Shown here in pieces: positions 1 to 13,502 of a stretch of DNA of 64,000 nucleotides (its first letter is position 1; each line of letters opens with the position of its first letter). The position numbers and the translations under genes are program-made. This stretch comes from Podarcis muralis (lineage: Eukaryota). The stretch covers positions 73,780,001 to 73,844,000 of the forward strand of contig NC_135659.1 in assembly GCF_964188315.1 (NCBI RefSeq), written 5' to 3'. Below the pieces are notes generated by a model that had not been told where the DNA came from, did no database searches, and saw only the letters and a program-made list of their open reading frames with translations.

Positions 1-169
1 TTTATTCTCTAGTCACCATCTCTGCCCAGTAAACAATCACATCTTCATAGGTGGTTTGTAGCCATTTATTAATAGATTTAACTGCAGCAGTTTGGTTGTG
101 TTTCAGACATGATTTTCAACATACAAAGACACACATCTTGAATATGAATTCTTTGGACAGCTGGATCAG

Positions 170-330
170 ATGGGTAGCACAGTGGCAGAGCACACGCATT
201 GTATCTCCGTTTAAAAGGATAAGGTTTCAGGTGATGCGTCTGTCCAAAACCCTGGTGAACTACTGCCAGTCAGAGTAGACGTTACTAAGCTAGATGGAGA
301 AATACTCTGACCTGGTATAAGGCTGCTTTT
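170..330 (+). mobile_element. Squam3-like tRNA SINE, degenerate
   Basis: gtagcacagtggcagagc A-box; aaaccctgg...ctgccagtcagagtagac...ataaggc body shared with the other copies. Confidence 0.65.
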
Positions 331-925
331 TCATGGCAGTTTATTCCATCTTCCCCACATTTCCCTAACTGTTCATTTCTGTATTCTATTTGAGCTTTCA
401 CATTACATAAACGAGACTTCCTGGAACATTGTGCAAGACTGCATTCTCACAGCCGTTTATCCTGCTTTCTCAACAATTTCCTGATAATCTCCACATTGTA
501 TTCGAGCTTTCACATGACACAGAAGTCGGTAAAGTAGAATAAACATGTCATGTGAATGCCGTTTTGCACTATATTCTGGTATATTTCTGGAAGTGGCTTT
601 TACGGTTGCACTCTCACTTTATTTCATTTTCTAGACATTTCCTTAACTGTTAATTTCTGCATTATATATTTGAACTTTCACATGACAGAAAAGCCAGTTC
701 TGGAAATACAGTGGAATATAATGCAAATTTAGTGCTCATTTGCATGTTACTTGCTTCTTGGGGGGGGATGCAAATAGCATGCTAAACTTGTGTTATATTT
801 TACTATATTTCTGCAAGTAGCTTTTAAGTTGTGTGGAATATGATAGAATGTGGAATATAATGTGGAAAGTAACACCTAGGGGAATGTCAGGAAAATGCAA
901 TAAACTGACATGTGAATGCAACTCA
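330..925. mobile_element. Old foldback (MITE-like) element with internal repeats
   Basis: 332-365 is the approximate reverse complement of 884-920; an internal unit of about 70 bp is repeated at about 356-425 and 636-705. Confidence 0.55.
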
Positions 926-2685
926 GGTCAGCATCATATGTTCCTCTTAGAAGAAAGGCTGAGGAATGCTTGGCCAGTGTGCTCTGAGGCCAGCTTGACC
1001 CACAGCTTGCCCTAATTTAGTCAGCATTTCACTCCATGTTAACTGGTAAACTATTTATAGGCCACATTTTAGAAAACGTATCTGTGACCTTCACAAGTAC
1101 AGCCAGCTGGGATGAATAACCGCCTAGGGTGAGTGTTCAGACAGGTAGAAACAGAAATAGGCCTTTTATTGCAAAAGGCCAGATTATGAATTTTAAAGCA
1201 CAGGCCTACATCAATGCACACACTTCCCACTGGAATCTATTCAGTGCGGGGAGAGGGTCCTTCAGATGAATGTTTGGACATGTGAAAGCTCTCCTTTGGA
1301 GTCTTCCAGCTCCCCTTCCCCTCTCTGAGATCTGAATTCCCACCATATCATCTTTTTGCCTTTCACTCTATAACTGCTCAAAGCATAGAGCAGTTCAAGA
1401 CATTTTGCTGCCTGAGGCAAAGGGCAAGATGGCACCCTATCTCCAGGCAGGATAAGACTGCTGACTGAATCTATTATAGCACACTACAGGGGGGAGGACA
1501 GGCTGTGCAGCGTTCACAGCTCTGTCTTTCATCAGAGGAAAATGGCCAATGGACTTAGGAGAAACTTACAGAGGGCTGCTGCTACCTGAGGGCAGTCACC
1601 TCAGTTTGCCTAATGATAGGGCTGGCCCTGAAGCGTTTTGTCACACTGAGAGCACCCGGGCCCCTAAGAGGCAGACATGGGGTTTTTCTCCCACCTAAGG
1701 TTCCCATTGTTTCTGTGGCAGGGCTCTTGTGCTTTTAACAACTGAACAGCAAGCAGAAATTCAGCTGATGAAACTCTCTCCACTACAAAAGTGCTGATTC
1801 CTCATCCCTAGGTATCATTTTTGGTCAGATGTTATCAGACTGAAGATCACTGACCACAGGGATAGAAGCAGGAGTCCAGCAGAATTGAGAAACAGCTGAA
1901 GATTAATACAGCTAGATGTTATCCTGGAATTCATACATTGAATATTTTGAATAATTGCCATATGCATAATTGGCAGAGAATGGGAAGCCCTTCTTATTTC
2001 CTTATATTTCTTTTTTAACCTTACTTTTATATGAACTTTAACTGAGAGGGTTCACTCTTCTGTGTGTTGAAGGTATGCAATAATTGTGATAGAGGGCCTT
2101 GTAGCCTCTTTCTCTTCTTTTCCCCGTTCCGTATCTTTCCCCCTTTCCTTTTTTCTTTCCTTTTCAAACTGATTACAGGTGTAACAAGAGTCCAGCTCAC
2201 ATCAGCTGCAGCCAGTGGTCAGGGATAATGGAAAATGTAAGCCAAAAACATCTAGAAGGCCACAGAGAAGAGAAAGAATATGCTATCTACCTTTTAGGTT
2301 AGATAATTAGCAAGACAAAACTGAGGGTTTTGCTTTTAAATTATACAGATTTTGGTATTTTTATGAGAGTCTTGGAATGTCTGTGGTATGACTGGAAACC
2401 CTCCCAAGTTGATTTTAGTCAGATCGTGTTAATCATCCCCACCCCTTCCTGCCACAGACATCTCAGTTCAAATGGAGGGAACCTTTAGGCTGCAATCCTC
2501 TACCAACTTACCTTGAAGTAAGCCCCATTGCACTGTTAGTGCCTTCTGTTAGTGCCTTGTACCCTGCGAAAATGCATGCACTTTGAAATTTGGTGGGCGC
2601 TGACATTTGCATGTGAATGCTGACAATCCCAGGTGCATTTTGTGACTATCCAAAGAGGGAGATGTTGCCCCTTTTTTCAGATGTA

Positions 2686-2910
2686 CAGTGGTACCTTGGG
2701 TTAAGAACTTAATTCATTCCGGAGGTCCGTTCTTAACCTGAAACTGTTCTTAACGTGAAGCACCACTTTAGCTAACGGGGCCTCCTGCTGCCGCCGCTCC
2801 GCCGCTGCACCATTCTGTTCTCATCCTGAAGCAAAGTTCTTAACCCGAGGTAATATTTCTGGGTTAGCGGAGTCTGTAACCTGAAGCGTATGTAACCTGA
2901 GGTACCACTG
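2686..2910. mobile_element. Tc1/mariner-type MITE (CAGTGGTACC TIR, TA TSD)
   Basis: TA-CAGTGGTACCTTGGGTTA ... TAACCTGAGGTACCACTG-TA. Confidence 0.92.
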
Positions 2911-4707
2911 TACATGAGTGGATGCTGACAATCGTTTTTAGTAGATTGCTGTCAATATTCATTGGTGCGTCAATGGAGTTTTTGAGACAGTCACAAAACT
3001 TACCTGGGATTTTCAACATTCCCATGTCAATGTTGATATTCTTCATATTTCAGATATTCACAGATGGTATGTGTGAGACACATAACACACAAGGCAAGAT
3101 CTACACCAAGGCTAGGAATCTTGGGGGATTAGGAGAGGACTTTAGTGTCCCCTAGCTCTCTTCAGCATACACACCAAGACATTTATAGCTATCCTGGTGT
3201 CCAATATTACGGCTGTGATTTACAGTCTCTCTCCTCCCTTCTCCCCCCACACCATAGGATTACACAAGCATGTGTGTCTAGCCAGCAGTTGACCCGAGGA
3301 CATCAACAAACTAAAATAGATGACTCCTTCTTCCTGTTTGGTGCTGCTTGACAGCACCAAGAAAAGAGCTCCAAGTTGAGAATGGCTTTATATAAATTAA
3401 AGGACATGCCATTTAAAGTCAGAAGTTTCAGCAGCTACATTGGATCCACAAGATGACAGAGACAAGAGGCGAGTGAGAAAACACCTTTTTATTTGAGCAA
3501 CAAATGGCCAAAAAAAGATAAAAGCAAGTTGCAAAAGCAGTGTGACTGATCTTAAATGCAGTAAGTTCCCCTGAAGTCAGTGTATGACTTTTTCCTAAAT
3601 TTTAACATCAGGCTGTTGGTGGGGAATAGGTCAAACTAGAAACTTGATGTTTGCCCAGCTAAGCTGAGGGCTTTGTGAAACAAAGAGTTGTGAGATTTTA
3701 TTGTAGCTGGTTTACAAAACAGTCTGGCATATGGGCAAAGGCAATTAAATTACACACAGCTCAAAGGCACGCAACGCAGCCAAATATTTCAGCTTGATAC
3801 AGTGGAATTTTTTTCCAACTAGGAAAATTTCCAGCCAGGAAATATACAGAAGCTCAAATGATTCATTTTAGGGGATTGTGCCCCAAGGCTTCTGAAGGTA
3901 GAGCACAGATAATAGAGCAGCAGAAGATTAGAAGAACTGGAGGTAACTAAACAGATGTCAATTCAGGTCAAATTCAACGCTGGCACCTAGCGGCTAACAG
4001 ATTCGGCAATGACCCAGCTGAGAACAAGCCCTAACAAATGATTAGATTTACAGTAAATACACTTGCATGTTTACATTGCGTTGCCATTCTTTGGAATGTA
4101 AAGTGATTCAGACATTTTCTAAATAAATAGATAAATAAGTATTTGTGCCTTTTGAGGATGTATAAATGTACCATTTAGCTCACGTATGGCAATAAATAAA
4201 TCTGCCACTCAATACAATCTTTAGAAAGGTCATCTTTAATATTTTATTTTTCATTAATTTGGGAATATGAAACAGAGAATCTTTTCTATTACAGTAATGA
4301 GTGACGGATCATTCAGTGCCAACATGGCTTCCAAAACAAGTTCAATCCCCTCAGGTAGATTTACCCATCATTAATGGAGTACTGCCAGCGCTAGTTTCCT
4401 GTGGCTCTTCCTATAGAAGGGTAGCAATAGTAGAAATGAAGAATATCTCTTAGCTATGGGTCAGCAAGAAGGAAATTCAACCTTTACATTTTCCATTTCA
4501 TCCAGCACAGGGAGGAAAGTGTGTGTCATACAGAAACATTGCTCCGATCTGTCTGGATGTAATAGCATACCTTCCAAGATGACCCGGCCCAAATCTGGGA
4601 CACCATCTTCCAACCCCACATTCCCTTGTGAGTCACATGACTCATACAAGGTTGCAGGCCCAAAAACACTTTTTTGGGAGCAGGGAACAGTGCCCCAAAA
4701 CTCACAT

Positions 4708-4951
4708 CTGTGGTGTAGTGGTTAAGAGCGATAGATTCGTAATCTGGGGAACCGGGTTTGTGTCCCCGCTCCTCCATATACAGCTGCTGGGTGACCTTGG
4801 GCCAGTGACACTTCTTTGAAGTCTCTCAGCCCCACTCACCTCACAGAGTGTTTGTTGTAGGGGAGGAAGGGAAAGGAGAATGTTAGCCGCTTTGAGACTC
4901 CCTAGGGTAGTGATAAAGCGTGATATCAAATCCAAACTCTTCTTCTTCTTC
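4708..4951 (+). mobile_element. tRNA/CORE (MIR-like) SINE, lacertid-type, with (TTC)n tail
   Basis: tggtgtagtggttaagagc A-box, gggtgaccttgggccagt CORE-like segment, (ttc)n tail. Confidence 0.75.
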
Positions 4952-7914
4952 CACTGTGCAAGATCACAGTATGCATGCACATTCAACTGCCTAATGGCGT
5001 CCATGTCACCCAGGAGATCTCAGCTGCAGAGATAAGAAAAGAAGAGTCATTTCATTGTCTGAAGAGGTCACTTTCTGGCTCACATGGAGAAGCCGTTTTC
5101 TGTGCAGCCCACTGACAGAAGCACACAGCTGTATTGAGGCAGTACTGGGTGTTGAAATTTTCTGCCCCCTAACAATTTTGCACCCAGGTCAGCCACCCCT
5201 ATGGGCTCTCCTCATGCCACTGATGTATGGTAATACCTGTTCTGACCTGAGACACCATCACATCAATCACACCCATCGTCACATTCCCCTCCCCATTTAA
5301 AACTGGGGCACTTCATGCAAAACAAGATCTCTTTGCTATACCGTTGATGACCACCAAAGAATAGACAGCAAAAAACAAACAAACCCTTACTACAGCAGAA
5401 GGCTTTAAAATCGATTCATCTGACTGATGGACCGATTTATAGTTTGATTACAGATTAAAACTAAAGCTCTGATTAATCAGACTCAGCCATCTGGGCTCTT
5501 CTGAGTGTCACAACGAGGACACTACACAGATAACGAGAGAGAAAAGTCTATCCCACAAGCACGGGAAACAGACAGGAGATGCTTAACAAAAGTATCCCCT
5601 CCCATCTGTTTCCACAACCAGAACACCCTTGTTCTCTGTCAGCTCCCTGCATCAAATTACATTCTTGTCCGCTCAAGTTCTCTGCGGAACTTTCTGCTCC
5701 ATATTGTGAGGAACAGAGGAATGAGCCTGCTAGGGTTAGTGGCTACTGCAATTCCACATCTGCCAGTACTGAAAGGAAAGGAATACACTGAAATATTTAT
5801 TAAAACATTTATCCTTTGCATGTTTCTAAATTGACTCTAAGTAGATTTAGGTAGCAAATCCAAAGCATTAATAGTTATGTATTTATTTCATTTATATCTT
5901 AACCTGCCTTCAAGATGAACCACACCACCACTTTAATCTCACTGCAAGTCCACTGAGGTATGTTAGGATGAACAAGAGTACCTGGTCAAAGGTCACCCAG
6001 TGAGCTTCATGGCTGCATTCGAACTCTGGTTTTCCCAGTCCTAGTCTAGTAGAACTAGTCTCTGAACATGCTGGTTGTCTCACAGATAATGTGGCACAAA
6101 CGTCTCTTAATGGGCTAAAAGCCATCGATCATCTTCTACCAGCTTGGAGAAGGAGACTGTTTGTCTTCAAAGGCTGATCACACCCATCGGCTCCACCCCA
6201 CCTTCTTAATGGCTTAATGGAGTATGTTACCTAACACTGAGACTGGGATTTGTTTTAATAAACAGTCAGATCACTAGTAGAGCAAAACATTCAAGGTAGT
6301 GTACTGATGCAACAAATTCCACTCTGCAATTGCAAAATGGAAAGCCTTGGAGAGATAGTTGAATAAGAGCTGGGGGGAATGCAAGACAGAGAGCAACCAG
6401 CAGTGGACAACATGATGGGGCTCTGGGGCTCACCTGACCGCAAACCAACTGAGTCACTGCAGCACACCTGGATAGAAAAGGTGAGGGTGTGGCAACAGCA
6501 GAGAGGCTGGCACAGTGCAAATGCACCAGCAGGAATAATAGAATTGCACAATCCTCCATTGCAGGAATCTCAACTAAAGCAGCAATGACAGGTGTCCATC
6601 CAACCTCTGTTTAAAAACCTTCAAGGAAGGAAAGTCCACCACCTTCGGAGGGAGTCCATTCCATCCCGGTATGCTGCAATGGCAGAGGCAGCCAGAGGTC
6701 AGGCAAGCAGTGCGGCCCCACCACGCTGTCTGCTGCTGGGAGCAAGGCACTGAGTATATGCACAGCCGTGTCAAACGTCTCCTCACTCCTATTTTGTACT
6801 CCAGCATTGTGACCACAGGATATGACCCAAACACATTGTGCTAAGCTCACAGTCCAAATAGACTAGGGAAGGATGACCAAGTAAGTACAGGATGCCAACT
6901 GTGCTATGCAAATGCTGTAGCAGCCGCGGTGGACATGCTTTGCAGTGGTCCTTCATGGAGGGGGCCTCCCCATTTAGTTTGATTATACACCAAGTATCCA
7001 ATGACATGCATTCTGACTGGAGGTGAAACATGATTATGAGAAGAAGAAATTTAATTAAATTTAATTAAAGATGAAGTACATATCTTCAGAATGGATATAC
7101 ATTACAGATGCATATTTATTTGTGGTATTAACTGACATGACAAAGTTTTATTAGAATAATTTCTAATACCCACCGGATGGTCTTGTTTATCAAAAGAACA
7201 GATAGTCCTCAAAGTCTGTCTTGAATTTTAGTATTCATAAGTAGGAGATTAGAAGGACCTTTGCATGACCACTCTGCTCTTGAAGATAAACAACTATGGG
7301 AGTCAGAAAGAGAGCAGAATAAACAGTCAGCAGAACAGGAAAACCTCCTACTCTGCGCTTCCTTGATAGTGGCAGACTTGGGACATTTCTGTGAGAGAGA
7401 CTTTTAAAACAAAGCTACGTTGTAATTTAATATGATTTCTGGGCCGGTGGTTCCCCTACAACCTGTGAGTCTTCATTTACCACACATCTTACATGGCCAT
7501 CACTGTGCAGCCACCATTAGAAGCAATATGAAAAGGGGAAAACCTTGTAGGCAATTACAGTGCTTGGAGACAGTCAGGTTGTGCATTGATGGCAGTGAAC
7601 AGAGGAGGAATGACCACTGGGAGGAGTGCAGAGGGAAGAAATGCCATGGTGCAAGGGCAGCAGCACAACCAGCACAAAACATGTCTTTCCTGCAATGGTC
7701 TCTACAGCCACAGCAGGCGCTGTAACCTTTGAGCAGTTTGACTTCACCCCCAAAGGCACACTCCTCCATGATCTCCCAAGACAGATGGATGCCAGCCAAC
7801 TTGTTCAGAACCTTGAGGACTGGGCTCTTATTTTATATGTAACAAGTGAAACATAGCTTAGCATTAGAGCACATGCTTTGCATGCAGAATGTCCCTGATT
7901 CAGTCCTGGCTTCT

Positions 7915-8205
7915 TCTGGCTGGGCTGGGAAAGACGTCTGCTTGAAACCCTGAAGAGCAGCTGCCAGTCAGTGTATGCTAGGGCTGCCAAACGTCTGGGT
8001 TTTCCCAGAGATATCTGGGATTCGACCATTGAAAATGGCATCTGGGGGGAATTTTCACAAATTGGCAAAATGTCCAGGAAAACCAACCCATTTTGGAATT
8101 GAAGTTCAAAAGCAACGTTTTGAAGCTCAACAGCTTTTGTGTCCAGATTTTCACTTTTTGAAATATGACAACCCTAGACGGTACAAATAGATGGACCAAT
8201 GGTCT
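7915..8205 (+). mobile_element. Squam3-like SINE 3' half interrupted by a TAGGG-ended MITE (7979-8176)
   Basis: gaaaccctgaagagcagctgccagtcagtgta...agatggaccaatggtc is split by tagggctgcca...gacaacccta. Confidence 0.7.
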
Positions 8206-8699
8206 TTCTCGGAATGAGTCAGTTTCTTAATGAGAACCTCTTCCCTTTGCTGTTTTTTTTAAAAATTCTTAACGATCACGAATTCCACATTCATCAACAT
8301 GAATGACCCCAAAGTTGCTATCTCCCATTTTTGTCATCGCTCTTTTCTCCAGAAGGTAATTAAGTGAGTCACTAACATGGTACTAGGGCACTGAAAGTCA
8401 TTTTATCCTAGCCAGCCCTCTCATTCACTGTAACCCAGACAGGACTCTCTCCCACAACCAGAAAATAGTTCTGCATGTCAGCATTTGCTGTTTTTGCAAA
8501 TATGCTATTAATAGAGTGGCCCGGCCTCTTGCTATGGATGAGAACAAAATGATTGACAGGTACCTCATACCATCACAGGCTGTGACCCAAAGCCCTTTAG
8601 ATGCATAGCGATCGCTGTTGCTTATTATGGCAGATGAAATTCCATGCATATGGAATTTGTTGCTTATAGCCCTGTTTGTGTGCATAGGGCCGCATTTAT

Positions 8700-8795
8700 A
8701 ATTTGTTGGAAGCCGCCCAGAGTGGCTGGGGCAATCCAGTCAGATGGGCGGGGTATAAATAATAACTTATTATTAATTATTGTTGTTGTTGCTGT
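8700..8795 (+). mobile_element. Short L2 3' tail
   Basis: gccgcccagagtggctggggcaatccagtcagatgggcgggg plus an AT-rich tail; same family as 31670-31739. Confidence 0.7.
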
Positions 8796-9637
8796 TGGGC
8801 TGCACTCTCCGGCTCCACCCATAATAGGCAAAAGGAGTCAGGCAAAAGCACCATTAGAATGCGGGGCAATTGTGAGTGGTGAGGGACAACAGGCTATATA
8901 CATTGACGTCAAAATGAACACACAGGTCTCAGATGCAAAAATGCTTCTGAATACTAGTTGGTGGAAACCACAGAAGGGTGATTTTTGCTCAGGTTCTGCA
9001 TGTTTCCCACAGGCGTCTGGGATGCCAATGGACTGGACTAGGTGGGCCATGGGCCTGATCCTGCAAGCGCTTCTTGTGCTCTTATGTCTCTGCTTAAAAG
9101 ATGAATTCTGAACAAATCCACCAGAGAGTAAGAGAGAAAGTTAGCAACACGCCACTGTCCTAGCTGTTCCAATCAGCAGAGCAGGCTTACCCATGGGATT
9201 TGTACTAGATGCGAATAAAAGAGTCCCAAGTCCCCAGTGCTCGGATGTGACAACATTAGCAACAAGCATGATCTTTGTGCCGGGTTTGATTTTCAAGAGC
9301 AGCAGCAGGACCCAGGGTGATTAGCAGCAGTGCAGAGACTAATAATAATAGTGAGCTTATGTGTCTTTTGGAATGTTCAAAGCATTTATTTAAGCGGAAC
9401 ATTCAAGGAGTGAGCTCTCTTCCAAATGGGTCTCATATGGCCCCATCATGAAGGACACTTCCAGACTGTCACTATTTTTGTGTGGGATTCAATCACATAC
9501 CAGCAAATCCAGGCCTTGCCATTATTGTGGATTGGGAGGTCTTGCACAACAAACCCGCTTCCCCAAAAGATCAGACCTTTTTTGAGAAAAGGAATTTCAT
9601 CACTTGCTGTGATGAAACTGCACCTAACCTCTCAAAC

Positions 9638-9664
9638 AAATCAATCAATCAATCAATCAATCAA
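9638..9664. repeat. (AATC)n microsatellite
   Basis: Direct reading. Confidence 0.9.
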
Positions 9665-9719
9665 TGCTTTTATTTGTATGCTACCTTTACAAAGTTAAAA
9701 CCATGCTGAAGGAGGCTTA

Positions 9720-9952
9720 AAGGTAAAGGGACCCCTGACCGTTAGGTCCAGTCATGGACGACTCTGGGGTTGCGGCACTCATCTCGCTTTATTGGCTGAG
9801 GGAGCCAGCGTACAGCTTCCGGGTCATGTGGCCACCATGACTAAGCCACTTTCTGGTGAACCACAGCAGCGCACGGAAACGCCGTTTACCTTCCCACCGG
9901 AGCGGTATCTATTTATCTACTTGCACTGCATGCTTTTGAACTGTTAGGTTGT
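9720..9952 (-). mobile_element. Sauria SINE (Squam1), 5'-truncated
   Basis: aaggtaaagggacccctgacc...ccagtc tail on the + strand; 11-bp TSD AAGGAGGCTTA at 9709-9719 and 9953-9963. Confidence 0.9.
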
Positions 9953-11215
9953 AAGGAGGCTTACAACATATTTTAAAAATTGCACACTTCCAAGCATAGC
10001 AGGAGGAGTCATGAAGAGTAAAGAAAACATCAAAAAGTGCACAACCAAACCAAACAATTTCCACCTAAAACGTAAGATCCAAAATAAAAATAGAAAAAAA
10101 TTAACATCTACAACAGCAACAACCCCTCTCCCCTAAACAATACCCCAGCCCAAGATTCAGTTCAGCAGCATCAGCATTTATATCTAGAGTCAGTCACGTC
10201 CGCAGCCTCCCAGGCCAGTTGGGAAAGGCTTGCAAGGCAGGGAGCAACTCTTTCAGGACTCACAGCCAATATGGTAAAGTTGAATGCTTAAGAAACAGGT
10301 GGTCTGGAAGGTATTCAAATAGGCATTAAACATCTACTTGTTCTTCCAAAGCACTTTTTATTGAAAGTGTATGATCCTGTTGCTCCTTGATCTGTTTGTT
10401 GCTGTTGTTGTTTTATTGCTATTTTATTGTGGCTTATCCCTACAGCTGCCTCCTTTTGGCCAAAGGGTCACATTCATCTTGGACCCACTCTTTAGGGTGG
10501 TGCAGGTGCCCCCCCAAACACTCTTGCATATACAGAGCCCACATCCCCCCTCAGTTGCTCCATGCAAATCAGCTGAGCACGGCAGCTATCATCTCCTCTC
10601 TGCTCATCAAATGTTCACTCTGATGACCTGGGAGGGGACAATTCACCCCCTCCTCAGAGTTGCAAGACTCTGCCCTCCTCCCCTCTTCCGCAGCCAGTGT
10701 TGTATCTACTGCAAAAGTGAGTTCCGGGGCAGTGGGGGGCGGGGGGAGGTGGTAGAAAAAATTGCCAGCAAAGTTATTGAGATTGCAGCATGACTCTACA
10801 AAGCAGTTCATGTAAATAGGCAAAGCAAGTCATTTTAATGTTCCTCTTAGGATCTGTGGTGGTAGAGGAAATGAGAGCATGCAGCTTCGAGGGAGGGGGA
10901 AATATTCCCTTTCATTTCAGGAACCCACAACTCTGGGCCAAACAGGTGGATAAATTTAGGCATGCTGGGGCATGCATGTTATTTCTCTTAAGCCTGCTTA
11001 GATAATGATAGTAACAGATGTTTATCACAAAGTCACAGTGAGGCAAATATAGCTGCATCTTTTCTACATACAGACACATAAAACTTATTACAGCAATGCG
11101 GATCAGGTGCCAGTACACAAAGTTGAAAATCAGAGAGCTGCATTTTTGCACCACCCTTGACTAATCCATCAATATCATTTCTCTCTGGCTATCTATTTCC
11201 TCCAGTCTGCAATAA

Positions 11216-11345
11216 TAGAATCATAGAACTGTAGAGTTAGAAGGGCCGTCTAGTCCAATGTCCAGCAATGCAGGAATCTCAACTAAAGCATCCATGACAG
11301 AAAGGCCATCCACCCTCTGCTTAAAAACCTCCAATGAAGGAGTGT
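11216..11345 (-). mobile_element. CR1 3' end fragment (a similar fragment lies at about 6535-6670)
   Basis: tagaatcatagaactgtagagttagaagg...ccatccaccctctgcttaaaaacctccaatgaagg. Confidence 0.75.
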
Positions 11346-11814
11346 GGTTATTTCACTACCTGAAGCCCAAATTACCTTTGAGACCTGCCTTTCATAATCT
11401 TATCTCAAAATCCTGCAGGGAGATGCTGTCAGACTGAAATCACTGGATTAATACATTCTGCAATATATTTATCCATGAAGGTGTTCCTCTGGGACTTCTT
11501 CCTCTCTTCGAAGTAAATGTACTAAGCTAGTAATTATATGCTGTATAGACAAAGAGATGGGGAAGAAGGGAAGGTTGTGAAATCAGTGGTCTACCCAGTA
11601 TCATATACCAGTTGTGCTGTTTACAAGCTCTGCTCAGATGTTCGGCTGAACATGTGAGGGCTCAAACTCTGTAGGGGCCATGAGGTCATGTGCACCATTC
11701 ATCTCCCATGGCTCCATTCACACTGGCCATGGCCGGTGGATCATTGCAGAATGGAAAGATGCAAAAGAAATGTTTTAAATCTTTGTTTTGCTTCATTTAA
11801 AACACTTGCATACT

Positions 11815-11920
11815 GCTTTATATTAAAACATATAAATAATATTAACATATTTATAAATATGTTTATTTATAAATATATTTACATTTATATTTAACATATA
11901 TTTAATATTTAATATGTTTT
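11815..11920. repeat. AT-rich low-complexity tract
   Basis: Almost entirely A/T; includes the 20-bp perfect palindrome aacatatttataaatatgtt at 11844-11863. Confidence 0.85.
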
Positions 11921-13303
11921 ACAAGTCTTGTTTTGACAGCAGCACTGAGATCATGCCCCTTCCATTACTTATCTATTATTTTATATTTCTATACCACCCT
12001 TCATCTGTGGATCCCAGGGCAAATTACAATAAATTTCATTCTTGGCACATTAGTCCAAATTCCCCTGCCTGAACAAGCCTGCAAAGATGCAATAAGTAAA
12101 ACATTCCAAATTAAACCACTCAGATTTCAAAAACTACCTATTCAAATCAGTTGCAGTCTTTCCAAAGGAGCCTAGCTAGTCACTATTTCAAGTCTCCCTG
12201 TATTCGTCTTCCACAGTGTTAGCAGATAAATGAATGTAGAGTCTTGTGGTACCCTAAAGACTTCCAGCTGACCTGCTAACTGAACATTCATCCTTATTTG
12301 TTTGCAGACATTTTGTGGTGAGGTTAAGTGACAGCAGTTGTTTATTGAACATTCAGGTTTCTTTGCAGGGAGTTTAGTATTATGTTGGGTCAAACAACTG
12401 TTATTCCACACTTTCCAATGCATTTTCCTGTTACTTTCCTTATTATGTAAAGGTGGATGTGGAAGGCATATTCCCTGCACAATAGCGCCAAATCCACTTC
12501 AACCACACAACCTGAATTTTCTGGTACAGTATGCAGCTGAATCTCACCACAAAATAGTGACAGTCTGGAAGTGCCCAAATTTTCTAGGGCATAGCCTTTG
12601 CTCTTCTCTAGCATCCTTTCCCCTCCTCAGATAAAATACAAAATACAGTAATAGAAATAGACACCGATGATGCTATGGAGAGACTAGACCTATCTAAATG
12701 GCCACTCGTCTCAGGAAAGATAAACAAAACACTTCACAGGAGCCCATGACACGAATTTTAAACAACAGAAAGGGAAAAACACACACGATGGGAATGATTT
12801 ATAATGAAGGGAATTCCTAGAGGATGTTGGACTAATTGCAATAATAGAAATGCCTTTTCCAGTCGGGTCAAGCCTGTTAAAAGACAAACCACAGAGAAAA
12901 ATGGTGTGTTTAGAAAGCTTTGCAATCCATCAGACAAAGGTGATGGGATCTCCTGCCTCTCATTCCTCGAGATACAGTTATTATGGGAGTTGAAATAGTT
13001 TGTGTGTGTTTGTATATGTATACAGGCAAGCACACACATTTCCAGCCACAGATCATGATGTAATAGTCTTTCCCATCTTTCCATTGTGCTGACAAGAACA
13101 AAATACTCTGAGAATGTATCACACTAAAATCAATCTAGGGTTTTTCCAGAATGTTCTAGGATGACTGAAACGAAGGAGTAAGTTCCAAAGGATGTTAGAG
13201 TCAGCATAGGTATAGGAGGAGAAGGGGTCCATGGCAATGATTAGAAATACTATCTAGGATGCAACAGCTTCAGAGCCTGAGCCAAAGGTTGCTTACTCCA
13301 ATG

Positions 13304-13502
13304 CAGGGCCGGCCCAAGACATTTTGGTACCTAATGCAAATGCCAGAATGATCCCCCCTTCTCTGCCAGGGAAGAAGGGATGGGTGAAGATCTATATCAG
13401 AAACAAGGAGGGAATAAAGCTTGTCATTGAGAACTACAGCCCCTGTGGATCCTGCCACCTGAGGTGGTTTCCTCACTTTTCCTCATGAGTGGGCTGGCCC
13501 TG
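13304..13502. mobile_element. hAT-like MITE (CAGGGCCGGCCC TIR)
   Basis: CAGGGCCGGCCC ... GGGCTGGCCCTG; flanks ctccaatg/ccccaata match at 6 of 8 positions; a related copy lies at about 1390-1630. Confidence 0.75.
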
